This document shows positions 1 to 11,176 of a DNA stretch of 64,000 nucleotides, one piece after another. A program made the translations under genes and the position numbers. The stretch is from Vicugna vicugna (Eukaryota): contig MU058228.1 of assembly GCA_013265495.1 (NCBI GenBank), forward strand, positions 1 to 64,000, given 5' to 3'. The notes under the pieces were generated by a model that had not been told where the DNA came from, made no database searches, and saw nothing but the letters and a program-made list of their open reading frames with translations. Within the stretch, counting starts at the first letter, position 1, and each line of letters begins with the position of its first letter.

Positions 1-2387
1 ATGCTTAGGAACACACCCAGGATTGGAAATCGGTCAGCTTAGTGCGGCAGAAGGACAGGGGAACACAGATCAAGGAGCCAGTGAGGGCACAAATGGAGAG
101 AAGAGGGCTCAGGAGGGAGCCTGGATAACCTGAAAGAAAGTAGCTTATCAAGGGACAGGAGTTCAGTGAGGTCAAAGCACAGGTATAGAGGGATGATGAC
201 AAAGGAGAGCTGGAAGAAAAGAAAGTTGTAGCGTAAAAATGACACTAGCACTTACTATGTCAGAGCTCTCAGTCCCAGTGATTAAAAAACAAAAACCAGT
301 CCAGGATGCGGCTGAGTGGAGCAGGTCACTGGAGTCTGGGGTGGGGAGTGAGTACGCTGTGCTGAGGCTGTCCCTGTGGGTGACGGGACCTCCCAGGGCG
401 GTGCTGGCTGGCGGAGAGGACGTGTGTCAACCAGGAGCCAGATCCCGGGGAAATGCTACTGCAGGACTTGAGGAGGATGTGGAGGGAGACGGCTGCAGGG
501 AGACAGCACAGGTTTCAGTGGAAGGGGGTGGAGGGGACCGAGCTGCAGTGTCAATACGGATTCCAGGCACAAGGGTCACAAGGTGGGAGAAACAGTTGCC
601 ACTCAGAAGGGCAGCCCAAGAAGCTAGCTTGTCAGGGCAGGAGGGAGCAGTGGTGCCCGTGACAATGGCTGAGTGGGCCAGGACTCAGCAGGGGAAGGAG
701 CAGGTTGGGGGATACCCGGGAGTTCAAGGAAGGGAGAGAAAGCAGAGAGAAAGGTCAGGAGAGAAGGCAGGGTGAAGGGGTGGAGGGGGCAGAGAAGAGC
801 TGCTGTCCTGATTGGTGTTGTGGATGACACAGGACAGGTGAGGGCGGGCCACCTGGGCACTGGCTCTGAGTCCCAAGTCCTTCCCAAGTGGGTTTCAGCA
901 CAGCTGCTTCCCAGCTGTGGTCTCTCCTAGGATGCACTCAGAGTGGGAGGGGGCAGAGAAGGCAGGGAGGAGATGTGCCTCTGTGGATGGCACACTGACA
1001 AGCTATTGGTCCCCCTACAGGTCTGCAGACTAAGGCCAGAACCCCAGCCAGGTGAGTGAGTGTCCTAGGGGTAGGGGGGTGAAGGTCACTGGTTTGGGAA
1101 ACAGGACCTTTCTCTCCAGTCCAGATCCTCACACGTCCCCTAACAGGTCAGGCTCTTCATTTCTTGAGGCTCCATCTCTTAAAAAATCTAGGACAGTTGA
1201 CCAGCCCTTTGTCTTATTCTTTCCCAGAATGACTCCCTTTGTCTTTCTCTGGCACCCTCTTTCCTCCTTTTGTCCCCATTTCTAAACTTTTCGCGCCATT
1301 CATCCTGGTTTCTCTCCACCTTGAATATCCTCCTTCTCAAACTCACATATCTTTTCCATGTTTTTTCCTCTTTCTTGCTCTCCCTCTAATCTGTCCTTTC
1401 CCCTGTGACGTGGGGAAGGCCACCAGGATCCTCTGCCTCCAGCTCCTCTGCCCTCTGTCCTTTCTCAGAGCAGCCTGGTCCCCTCCCCTCTGGCCCCAGC
1501 TCCTCTTCCTTTCCTGACCTCTCTCCCTCCTCACCAACCACCTCTTTCCTTTCTCCATCCTTTCCTTCCATTTCCACACTTTTCCTTCTTGCAGCCCCGC
1601 CCTCTTTCCTCCCTCTCCCGACTCTTGCCAGCTGTCCTCCTCAAACCTCCCCAGGGTGGCATTTCCTCTGGTGTCCAAGGCCTGAGCACCGCCCAGAGGA
1701 CCTGAGAGTAGCTTCCATGTTTTCAGTCTCCAGTTTTAACGGAGGAGCTGCAGCAGAAAGGACAGGAACTCACCATCCTATTTCTCCTCCCTGTGTCCCT
1801 CCAATAAGGCCACTTCTCTAAAACAATCCACATCAGTCAGCGCTCAGGGACAGGGCTACACCGCAAACTGCCCCTCAACCCTGTCCAGGCAGCCTCCTCC
1901 TGAGAGCCTCAAGCCATTGCCCTCATGTTCTCAGTATGTGCAGGCAGGACACAGAGCTCCCTCTTGGACTTTCTCCTCTAGCTCTTGGACCTGACCTGTC
2001 TTCTGTATTAGCCTCCAACCTTAGGAGATGGGATTTTTTGGCCTCCATGAGCCCCTAGACCTCTCCCTACCACCTGAGGGGTCCTACCCAAGCCAGCTGT
2101 GCCCTGGGAGGCTACATGACAGCCATCCTTGTGACCAGAGACCACCAAGAGGGCAGGCCTGTTACCCACAGTGCGGATCTGTTTTGGGTCCTGATCTGTA
2201 GGCAAAGGTCCCTGGTGATGTCCAGGGTCTGGAAATGGCACATACCTACTGATCTTCCTCTTGCCCTGGGTTGGGAATGCTCAGATGTAAGTGCAGCCGA
2301 TCTAGTCCAACAAAGTAGTTGGGTTTTTTTGAGAATCTGAAGAAAACAAGGGACTACAGTAGATTTCACAGAGTATTCCCAGGGAAT

Positions 2388-2690
2388 TTGAAGATAGGGC
2401 AATAAAAGTACCCAAACTGAAATACAAGAGAGAAAGAACAGAGCATGCGAGAGCTGTTCGTCAACATCCAAAGGTCTAACATACTGGTAACTGGAATCCC
2501 AGAAGGAAAAGAGAGAGAAGAATGCAGAGGAAATACTTGAAGAGATAACGGCTAAAAATTTTCCAAAAACAATTTTTAAAATATCAACCCACAGCTCCAA
2601 GAAGTTCAGAAAATTCCAAGAGAACACACACACATGCTAAACACATAATTTTTAAACTAATGACAACAAAAGAGAAAGAGAAAAATCTTC
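2388..2690 (+). mobile_element. LINE-1 ORF1-region fragment abutting and truncating the NXPE exon
   Basis: A-rich L1 ORF1-like sequence (gaagatagg...tctaacatactggtaactggaatcccagaagg...gaaatacttgaagagataacggctaaaaattttcc). Boundaries approximate. Confidence 0.65.
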
Positions 2691-2715
2691 TGTATACACA
2701 CACACACACACATCT

Positions 2716-3531
2716 CACATTTTCTTTATCCATTCACCTGTTAATGAACATTTAGGTTGTTTCCATATCTTGGCTATTGTGGATGATGCTACAATGAACA
2801 TGGGAGTGTAGCTGCCTCTCTGACCTACTGACTTCATTTCGTTTGGATACCCAGAAGTGGGACCAGGATAATATGGTAGCTCTGTTTTTAATTTTTTGTG
2901 GAAACTACACACTGTTTTCTATAATATAATTTACATTCCCACTAATAGTCATACGCAAAGGCTCCCTTTTCTCTACAATCTCACCAACACCTGTTTGTCC
3001 GACAATCCTAACAGGTGTGAAGTGTTGCTTCGTTGTGGTTTTGACTTGCATGTGCCTGATAACTAGTGATCTTGAGCACATTTTCACATGCCTGCTGACC
3101 ATCTGCATATCTTCTTTGAAAAAATGTCTATTCATGTCCTTTACCAATATTTAAATTGGGTTATTTGTTTCTTTGCTATACAAGTTTCTTACATTTTTTA
3201 GATATTAACCAATCATTAGATATATGGTTTGTAAATATTTGCTGCCACTCTGTAGGTTACCTTTTCATTTTGTTGATTATTTCCTCTGCTGTGAAGAACC
3301 TTTTACTTTGAGGTAGTCCCACTTGTTTTTTATTTTGTTGCCTTTGCTTTTGATGTCATATCCAAAAAATCAACCAAGAGCATGTCAAAGAGCTTTTTCC
3401 CTGTTTTCTTCTAGGAGTCTCTGGTTTCAGGTCTTACATTTAAGTCTTTAATCTGTTCCATGTTAACTTTTGTGTATGGTATAATGGTCCAATTTCACTT
3501 TTACATGTGGATATCCAGTTTTCCCAACACT
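2716..3531 (-). mobile_element. LINE-1 ORF2 3' region fragment
   Basis: Minus-strand ORFs KDMNRHFFKEDMQM..RHVKMCSRSLVIRHMQVKTT and TPMFIVASSTIAKIWKQPKCSLTGEWIKKM are typical of the L1 ORF2 C-terminus. Confidence 0.9.
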
Positions 3532-3900
3532 ATGTGGTTATTCATAAAACTGAATATTACACATGTGAAAATGAATGAATTACAGCTACCTACAATAAAT
3601 GAGTAATTCTCAGGATAATAATACTGAGTGAAAAAAGTATAGAAGAATACTTATGATTTCACTTATGTAAAGTGTAAAATATACAAAAACAATCATGCTG
3701 CATAAATGCAAATCTATATGGTAAGACTACAAAAAAATTCAACCAAATGATAAACACTCCTTTCAAGATAGTGGTTTCCTCTGAGGGGCCAGGAGAGAGA
3801 TGGGATTTGAGAAAAACAAAGTAGACTTCAAAGTAATGACAAATATTTTTCTTAAACTGAGTGGTGAGCACACAGGTGTTTGTTGCATTACTGTTCTCTG
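3532..3900 (+). mobile_element. old L1M 3' end fragment
   Basis: aatgaatgaattacagcta...atactgagtgaaaaaag...gatagtggtttcctctgagg pattern of old L1 3' UTRs. Confidence 0.55.
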
Positions 3901-4473
3901 TTACCTTTTATTTTAAAACTTTTCTTGTAACTACTTAATTTTTAACCAAAACGAAAAACTTTTTCAGACTATTCATGGTGCATGAGGAGAAAGAGAAGCC
4001 CACAAAGGAGACTCAAAAGGAGTGGGCAGGGAGGTTAAGTGGGGAACAGAAAGCCAAGGAGCCATGCAAGTTTCAAGAAGGAAGGTCAAGTGTTCCTGGT
4101 GTTCAAATAAAATGAGCACTAAGTGTCCTCTGGATTTGGTGATTACATCAGTGAGCAGCATCGTCCAGAGCCCTTTCAGTGGAGGCGGCAGGGTGGGAGG
4201 CAGACTGAGCAGAGCACTGAATAGAAATTGATGAAGAGGAATCAGCAAGGATATAAAGAAAATGTCTGGTCGGGGTGGGGAGGGACCACCCCTCTTCTGG
4301 AGGTGAGCGTGGATTTTTCTGGTAAGATGGCTTGAAGCAGCAATAGCTGGGACAATGGTCCTTTCTTTTTCCAAGTGCTGCCCCCTTCTGGAAGTGAGGG
4401 GGAATGGTGTGGTGTGATAGCTGCTTTGGGGAATGGTAGGCTTAAAGGATTGAATTTAAGATCCACCTAATTG

Positions 4474-4575
4474 AGGGGGAGGGTATGGCTCAGTGGCAGA
4501 GTTTGTGCTTAGCATGCACAATGCCCTGGGTTAATAAACCTAATTACCTCCTCCCCCAAAACAAATAAACAAAAA
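4474..4575 (+). mobile_element. tRNA-derived camelid-type SINE (Vic-1-like), internally deleted
   Basis: ggggagggtatggctcagtggcagagtttgtgcttagcatgcac...ctgggtt then taaacctaattacctcc and an A-rich tail. Near-perfect TSD aagatccaccta (4458) / aagacccaccta (4574). Confidence 0.85.
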
Positions 4576-4635
4576 GACCCACCTAGTACTGGAGAAGGGC
4601 AACTTTTAGCATCACCAATTCACGCACACACTCAT

Positions 4636-5085
4636 CGTGGCAGATTGCAGCAAGAGAAAAAAAAAAGCCGTAGACTCTTTGCAGCATCTTTTCTCAAAAG
4701 GGAGAGGGTATTTCCTCATCCCCACATCTGGGCTAGCCTTCTGATGTGCTCTGATCAACAGAATTTGGTGTAACGGATATTGTGCAATTTCTGAGCCTAG
4801 ACCTCATGGCCTTGCAGCTTCCAGCTCTAGTGCTGGGAACGCTTCTGCTACCGTGTGAACAAGCCCCAGCTAGCCTATTGGAGACGGACAGACGTGTGGA
4901 CAGAGGCCCCAGTCATCCCACCAATTCCACCTGAGGCACCGGATGCGTGAGAGAGGCCATTCCAGACCGTTCAGCTCCAGCCAAGGCAGTTCAAATGAAT
5001 CAGAAAATTCTAAGAAATAATGTCTGTGGTTTCAAGCCACTAGATTTTGAGGTGGTTTGTTATACAATAAAAGCTAATTGATACA
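4636..5085 (+). mobile_element. MLT1-type (ERVL-MaLR) solo LTR
   Basis: Characteristic end (tttcaagccactagattttgaggtggtttgttatacaataaaagctaattgataca). Candidate 5-bp TSD TCATC on both sides. Confidence 0.75.
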
Positions 5086-8000
5086 TCATCCATTTATTCG
5101 TTCTTTTGACAATTTTTAAAGCATATTCATGACTATCTGGTTATTTTCAGTCATTATCCTTTTGTCTCAGTTTGTGTGTTGCTAGCAAGCTTAGGGCCAA
5201 ATGTACTGTCCAGCTTCAGTGAGTGTCCTGATAAAATTCCCAAATTTCTAGTAAAATTACTTCCTTCTACCTGGTTTCTAATCCCTCTTTTAATCTTTAT
5301 TTTAATTATAGTATGTTGTATTCATATCTCTATGGCAGCCATTTGGAGCCTTTTGTGAAAACAGGCACAGTGAAAGTCATGACTGGTATCCTCCTACCTG
5401 AACTCCAGCTTTCAGCCCCTTACCATGTCTTCATTCTTATTAGACATTTGTTTCTCCAGGAATGTGACCGACAAAGCTCTCCTTTGGTGCCTTTCTCTGG
5501 TCCAGAGCCAGATGGTAGTCAAGAGAAGGAGCAGCTTGGTTGAGTAAATCTGCGAAGGCTTCCGGTAGAAGGTTATATCCATAATTGGGATTAGCCTCTC
5601 CCTAGAGAGTCTGGAAGCCAGCATTCACGTGACATTTACCAGCTCATTTCACTCAACTTCCCCAGTGATCACAAGAGGATGGTTATAGTGCACTGCACCT
5701 GGCACAGAGTAAACACTCAAAAAATATTAGCTCTTTTTAGTATCTAGCCTGTTGTTTTGCCCTTTTTATAGCCTTGTCCCCATGGCCCCCATGCTGCCCT
5801 GGACTCCTGGCCCCCCAAACCCTCTGGCTTCTATCACTGTGATGTGGGGTACTTGCTGTGTCTGGCCACTCCTCCACAGCATCCTGGGCTGCCCGCCTGG
5901 CTATGTGGTCCATATAATGAAGGACTCCATGCTTTAACAGTGGTGGGAGTATCCGTGTAACACTATGACCCGTCAGCGGCTGGGATGGGAGAGGGCAGGA
6001 CACCTGGGGCCTCTTATTGAAAGAGGTGAACAAGGAGTGCTTTGAGAGACACCCCGTAGTTTGCAAAGTGGATGGGATGCTGGAACTTCAGAGGATGGGA
6101 CAGACACCTAAGTCTTGGACAAGGAGTTAGAGCTGGGCCACAGGTAACAGATGCCCAAGCAGATTTTTTTTTAATAGCATGCACTTATTTTGTGGCATTT
6201 GTAGACAAAACACCAAACTCTAGAGCATTTGGAGAAGCATTTTGCATAGAGTTTTTGCTCTCAAAGGGAACAGTGGGGAAAGGATATTTCCAGAAAACTA
6301 AAATGACCAACATCAGGCATTATCTAATGCTAAGTGAATAATACAGAGAACGCATTACCAGAGTTTAAAGTAGGGTTGGAAAAATCAGATGTTTTCTGTA
6401 GGAGATGAGAGAGCCTGGCTGGTTGGGATGGGAAGAAGGATGAGAGGACCTGGGGGGAGAGCAGGATCACAGGCCTGCAGAAGAGGAGGAGGGGGCTAGT
6501 TTGTCTGGAAGGCAGCAGGCAGTCCAGCCCAACTGCAGCGGAGAGTTGTTCTTGGAGAACTGGGCAGGGAAGGTTGGGTTACAGGTGACATGCAGTGAAG
6601 ATCTTTGAGTAGAGGAAACTAATCAAATATGTCAGGTTTTCCTAAAGAGTTTTCACAAGAAAAGAAGCTTGAGAGAAATTTCTGAGAGTAGTCACTCTGG
6701 GCCCGACCTCCTAATGTCTTAAGCACCGTTTTCCCTGTTATCAGCCCTCTCCACACACTGTCCACACTGCCTGTCTCATTTCCACCTGTGTATCCATTCA
6801 CTTTGTAAAGGACTGAAAACACTGTCAAAGCAGCTTAGGCAGGAAGCAGTTGGCTAGCTGGAGAGATTGCTGAGTTAAGCAGCAAATCTGGCTTTTCATC
6901 AGGTCTGTTTCTCTCCAAGTACACTTCTGCCCCCTGCTGTTCAGTCTCATTCTCAGTCCCCACTGGGTGGCCCCAGCAGCAGGTGGCTCTTCCAACAAGG
7001 GGGCAAGATGACCCATCCTCCCATGTCAGTCTTGCAGGAAAGAATGAGACTTTTTCCCCCAGCTCCAGCAAAAACCCTACAATTACCAAGTCTGGACCAG
7101 CTTAGACTGGACCGTACATCCTGGAGACAATCAGTATGGCCAAAGGGGTGTGTTGCTCTGGATGACCAGGCCTGAGTCATGGGCAGAATACCAATGTTCT
7201 AGAAAGTAAATCCAGGCTGGAATTTTGTCTGTACAAGTTCATAGTGCATAGCTCTAAACAACCCATCCCCTCCTCTCGTCCTCCGAACAGCCCTGAAGCC
7301 AGAAGATCTTACATGCCACATATTAGACGGGGTCCCCGAGGGTGGACACTACTCAGGGCATGGTGCTGCACTGGTGGACACAACTGGCCCCTGCACTCCC
7401 TCCACATACAACTGGTCCCACTACACCCAGTGGCCTGGGAACTGGGGTGACGAACCAGGAATCCTCACAACGTGGTGGTGCTGGGCCTGGGCACCCACTT
7501 CACCACCTTCCCTCCGTCCATCTTTGTGCAACGACTAGCTGGGAGCCGGGCCACCATGGCTGCACTGCTGGCCTGGGAGCTGCACACTCTTGTGGTCATC
7601 AAACTGGCCAACACTGGCTACCGTGTACAGCACCTACTGGTTCATCTGCCAGCTAAACCCGCTCCTCTGAGCTGCCTTTGCTGATCTCCATGTGGCCTTT
7701 GTGGAGGCCCACAAAATGACCTTTAGTTTGGCCCTGCCCAAAAGCATCTACTCAGGGAGGCATCGTCCACAAGGTGGACTTTCTCCTTTCCTGCTTCTGC
7801 CCCTCCTTAGCTTTTCTGCTGGTCCTAGGGCTGTGTGGAGGGAGGGCTTGGGCACTGGGACACAGCCCTAGCAGGACTTCTGAGACCAGCAATTTCTCTC
7901 ACCTGGAAAACTGCAACGGCTTCCTATCTAGCCCAGCCCAGTCTATTGTTGCTCCCCTTCTCGACTCAGAACAAGACTGATTACTTTAAAACATAGATGA

Positions 8001-9044
8001 GACCAGGTCATCAGCCCAGTCTTCTGTGCTGGTATAAAGCCAAAGCCTTCTGAGTACAAATCCAAACCCCTCACCATGGTCCGTGGGGCCCTGCATGATG
8101 CTGCTGCCTAACTCTGAAACCTTGTTTATTGCCAGTCTTGCCCAGTGCTCAACACTCCAACCCCACGGTCTTCCTGCTGCTCAAGCAGGTCAAGCAGTCC
8201 TGCCTCAGGGCCTTTATACCTGCTGTTCCCATCCTTGGAATCCTCATCCTCGTATGGCTGGCTTTTTCTCATTCATTCTCATTCAGTTCTCTGATCAAAA
8301 TCACCTTCTCAGAGGCTTTTCCTGACCACTCCCCCCACCAGCACTCTATCCCCTTCTCACCCTGTTTCTTTTTCATATCACTAGCCAGAACCTGAAATTA
8401 TTTGGTTTACTATTATTATTGTTGTTCAATAGAATATAATCTCCAAAGGGGACAGGGGGTTTGTCTAGCTACTCACTGCTGTATTCCCTTGACCTAGAGT
8501 TGTGCTTGAGACATTGCAGGTCTATTAAGTATTCACTGAATGAACGAATGAATAAAAGTCAGATGACTGAGATGTTACCTCTCTGCTCTGCACCTTCTTT
8601 CAGCAACCTGCACCCTGAGAAACAGGTGATCTATCAGCCAAAGTGTCCCCCTGTCGCAGTTGCTGGATTATATTAGCAATGATTAGCATCACAAATGTTT
8701 CACATTTCCATTAGAGCAGTACGGTTTTCAATGCAGTTTCCTACTTTTTTATTTTGGAAGACTCCCCCAAGAACATTCTCCTGTTTTACTAATGAAGCGC
8801 CAAGAGATGGCACACAGCTGAGCCAGTCCTTGGTCCCAGTTTGGTCGTAGAAACAGTGATATTGGTGACTACAGTGGCAAAAGCACTGTCCCCCCTGGAA
8901 AACTGGCTTCCTGGAAGGGCTGTAAGTGACCAACCCTGAATCCTCTCTGACACGTCCTCTCCGTGTCCCGAATGTCCGTTCCTTGGCTGGGGTTGGGGCA
9001 GGGGGGAGGGGGTTCCCGGACAGGAATCCAGGGAAGACCAAGGT

Positions 9045-9860
9045 TTATTGGTGCACTAGGGGCTCCTCGTCGCCGACCAGGAGTTCAGGCCGGCTGTTCC
9101 CCAGACCCTTTGTCTCTGGCTGCGAGGCTTCTCTGATCACCCTAAAGGGGGCCCCGTGACCAGGAACGATCACGTCGGCAGAGCCTAGGACCCTCTTCCG
9201 GCTATACTCCTGGGTCACCGGGTCTTCGCTCAGCGCCTGCCACGAGTCCTCGTCCCCATCACGTTCAAACACATCGCCCACTATCATTACGGTACCTAGG
9301 GCGGTGCCAGCCACCACCACGCTCACGTCCCGCTGACCACCATGGCCCGGCGTGGCCCACACCTCGAGCCCCGGCCCCAACCGCAGGGGATGCTCTTCAC
9401 GCAGGCCGTGGGGGAGGTAGCGGCCCCCGGGGAGGCAGAAGTCGTGCGAGACCAGCAGAGCCGCCCCGGGAAACAGCCCCAGGTTCCCGATATGGTCCGA
9501 GTGTCCGTGGGTCCCCACCACCAGAGTCACGTCTCCTGGAGCCACGCCCTGCCCCGCCAGGGCCCCCAGGAGCGCCTCCCGTGCCCAGGGGCCCGCGGTG
9601 TCCACGAGAATGGGGCCACGGGCCGCCTCCTCCAGGGCGGTCTTCGCCTCACAGCCCTCGGGCGGGGGCTCCCGGTGGCTGGAGGCCGAGCCCCAGGCCT
9701 GGGGCAGGACAAGGGTCACTGAGCCGTCTGCGCGCACAGCATCGCCGACCCCCTCCGGCTCGGCGTAGCCCTGCAGCAGAACCACCACAGAGTAGGGGTC
9801 GCCGGGCACCAGCAGTGGGGACTCCCCGCGCAGCGGCTCGGTGCGCACCAGACCGCTCAT
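9045..9860 (-). CDS. MBLAC1: Metallo-beta-lactamase domain-containing protein 1, single coding exon, 271 aa
   Basis: MBL motifs [25 protein letters not shown] and VPGHG. N-terminus RTEPL....[18 protein letters not shown] is recognisable as MBLAC1. Confidence 0.96.
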   Translation of the reverse strand: MSGLVRTEPLRGESPLLVPGDPYSVVVLLQGYAEPEGVGDAVRADGSVTLVLPQAWGSASSHREPPPEGCEAKTALEEAARGPILVDTAGPWAREALLGALAGQGVAPGDVTLVVGTHGHSDHIGNLGLFPGAALLVSHDFCLPGGRYLPHGLREEHPLRLGPGLEVWATPGHGGQRDVSVVVAGTALGTVMIVGDVFERDGDEDSWQALSEDPVTQEYSRKRVLGSADVIVPGHGAPFRVIREASQPETKGLGNSRPELLVGDEEPLVHQ

Positions 9861-10520
9861 AGCCGGAGAGGGACAAGCTGGGGAAAGGAAGTGGGGCTGA
9901 GGGCGAGTGTCTGCTCCCTTCGGGTTCCCACACTCGTCCGGCCTTCGTCAGGTGGTACCTTCCAAGTTTCAGTCCTGCCACCCGCCCTCGCACCCCTAAG
10001 TCGGCATCGCCTTCAACCCCCTTCGGAAAATGGTATCGCCCAACCTTCACTTCAGTGAGAACCCGCCCATCACTTAGCGTCTTCGGCCCCGGCCCGGCTA
10101 GCGTGCCAGAGCCTCACCCACCACCCTCCGGGGAGACCCTTATTATTTCCCTCACTCTAACCCGGGGCTGCTCTCTACCTTGGACCTAGTTTTATCGCCT
10201 CTCTTAGGTCTTGCTCGCTCTGAGTGAAGAAGAGACACGAGAAAAGAGAGTCAGTTTGTCCTCTGCGAGCTACCGTAATCCAAGTATGGCGGCCCAGCAG
10301 GCGTCACGCACCGAACGTAATTCCGACGCGTTTCCAGGCATGCGCAGACAAGAGCTGCACAGACCCAGGCCTGAAAACGGTCCTCAGCCCGCTGGTCCCA
10401 GGCAGCCTCCTCGGGCTGCAAAATTACAAAGCAGCATTAGCTTCTAAACAGGACGGCAGCCAATGATCCTATTCCCTCGGTGCCAGCGTCTCGGCCAGCG
10501 AGAACGTGTGCACGGCAGTG
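9861..10520 (-). promoter_or_regulatory. CpG-rich MBLAC1 promoter / 5' UTR region
   Basis: CpG-dense sequence upstream of the MBLAC1 ATG. Candidate 5' UTR intron with acceptor ..ccccag| at 9878 and donor |gtgagg at 10117 (minus strand). Confidence 0.55.
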
Positions 10521-11176
10521 GTTTGAAATTTGGGGCCCAGCTGATATTAAAGTATAAAGATTTACTAGCGTTATAGAAAATTTGGCACCTTTGCGATTAC
10601 TTGGTGGGCTGTCGGTGAAATTAGTATGAAGTAGATTAAGTATCTACCCAACCTAACTAATCAACATCGCCCCATCCAGTGTCCCCTTCCTGTTCACAGT
10701 TTGTTGGAATGCAGTCTCCTAGATGCAGGTGGTGTATATAGGTCGTAGAGAATGTCCATTCCCGCTTCTTCCTTATAAGAGTATAAAAACAGACCCCCGA
10801 AGGTTAAAGTTACTTTCTCAAGGTCCACAGTTCCTGTGCTATGCTGACCTCTGGGTCCTGTGGGGAGCAGAAGAGATATTTAAATGTCTCAATACCGTCC
10901 CCACACACAGCTGACAATCAGGGAGCTAGACGGCAGGTGGAGGACTCATCTGTTGGGGCAGGGATTCCACCTACTGCTCTCACCGTTCTCCCCATAGCCA
11001 TGCCATGCTGCACCACCAGGATCCTGCCTGAGAGCAGATGGGAGAGAAGAGCTACAAGCTCTAGCATGGAGTCACTCACATACGCACACTCTTAAAGCTG
11101 AGGGGCAGGGAGAGCTCAGACTTCAAAGGGTTCTTCTGCATGACCCCTGTCCATCCTTGGGGCTTAAAGACAAGGG

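Larger units (their letters stand above)
1809..7810 (+). pseudogene. NXPE-family (neurexophilin/PC-esterase domain) unitary pseudogene, probable Nxpe5 / NXPE3-like orthologue
   Basis: Exon relics at ~1809-2387 (SP*TSPYHLRGPTQASCALGGYMTAILVTRDHQEGRPVTHSADLF...VPGDVQGL..NGTYLLIF..W..), ~5460-5538 (NVTDKALL..), ~5772-5971 (PSGFYHCDV...ILGCPPGYVVHIMKDSML*QWWEY) and ~7291-7810 (LKP.DL..VDTTQGMVLHW..HNWPLHSLH..VAWELG*..VVVLGLGTHFTTFPPSIFVQRLAG..LVVIKLANTGY..W...QLNPLL*AAFADLHVAFVEAHKMT...VDFLLSCFCPS). They are colinear with NXPE proteins as recalled. Multiple stops and frameshifts. Position next to MBLAC1 matches mouse Nxpe5. Confidence 0.8.

Noticed and set aside
239..775. 178-aa ORF at the window start
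   Set aside because: Lies in purine-rich, L2-like degraded sequence; no recognisable domain or splice context.
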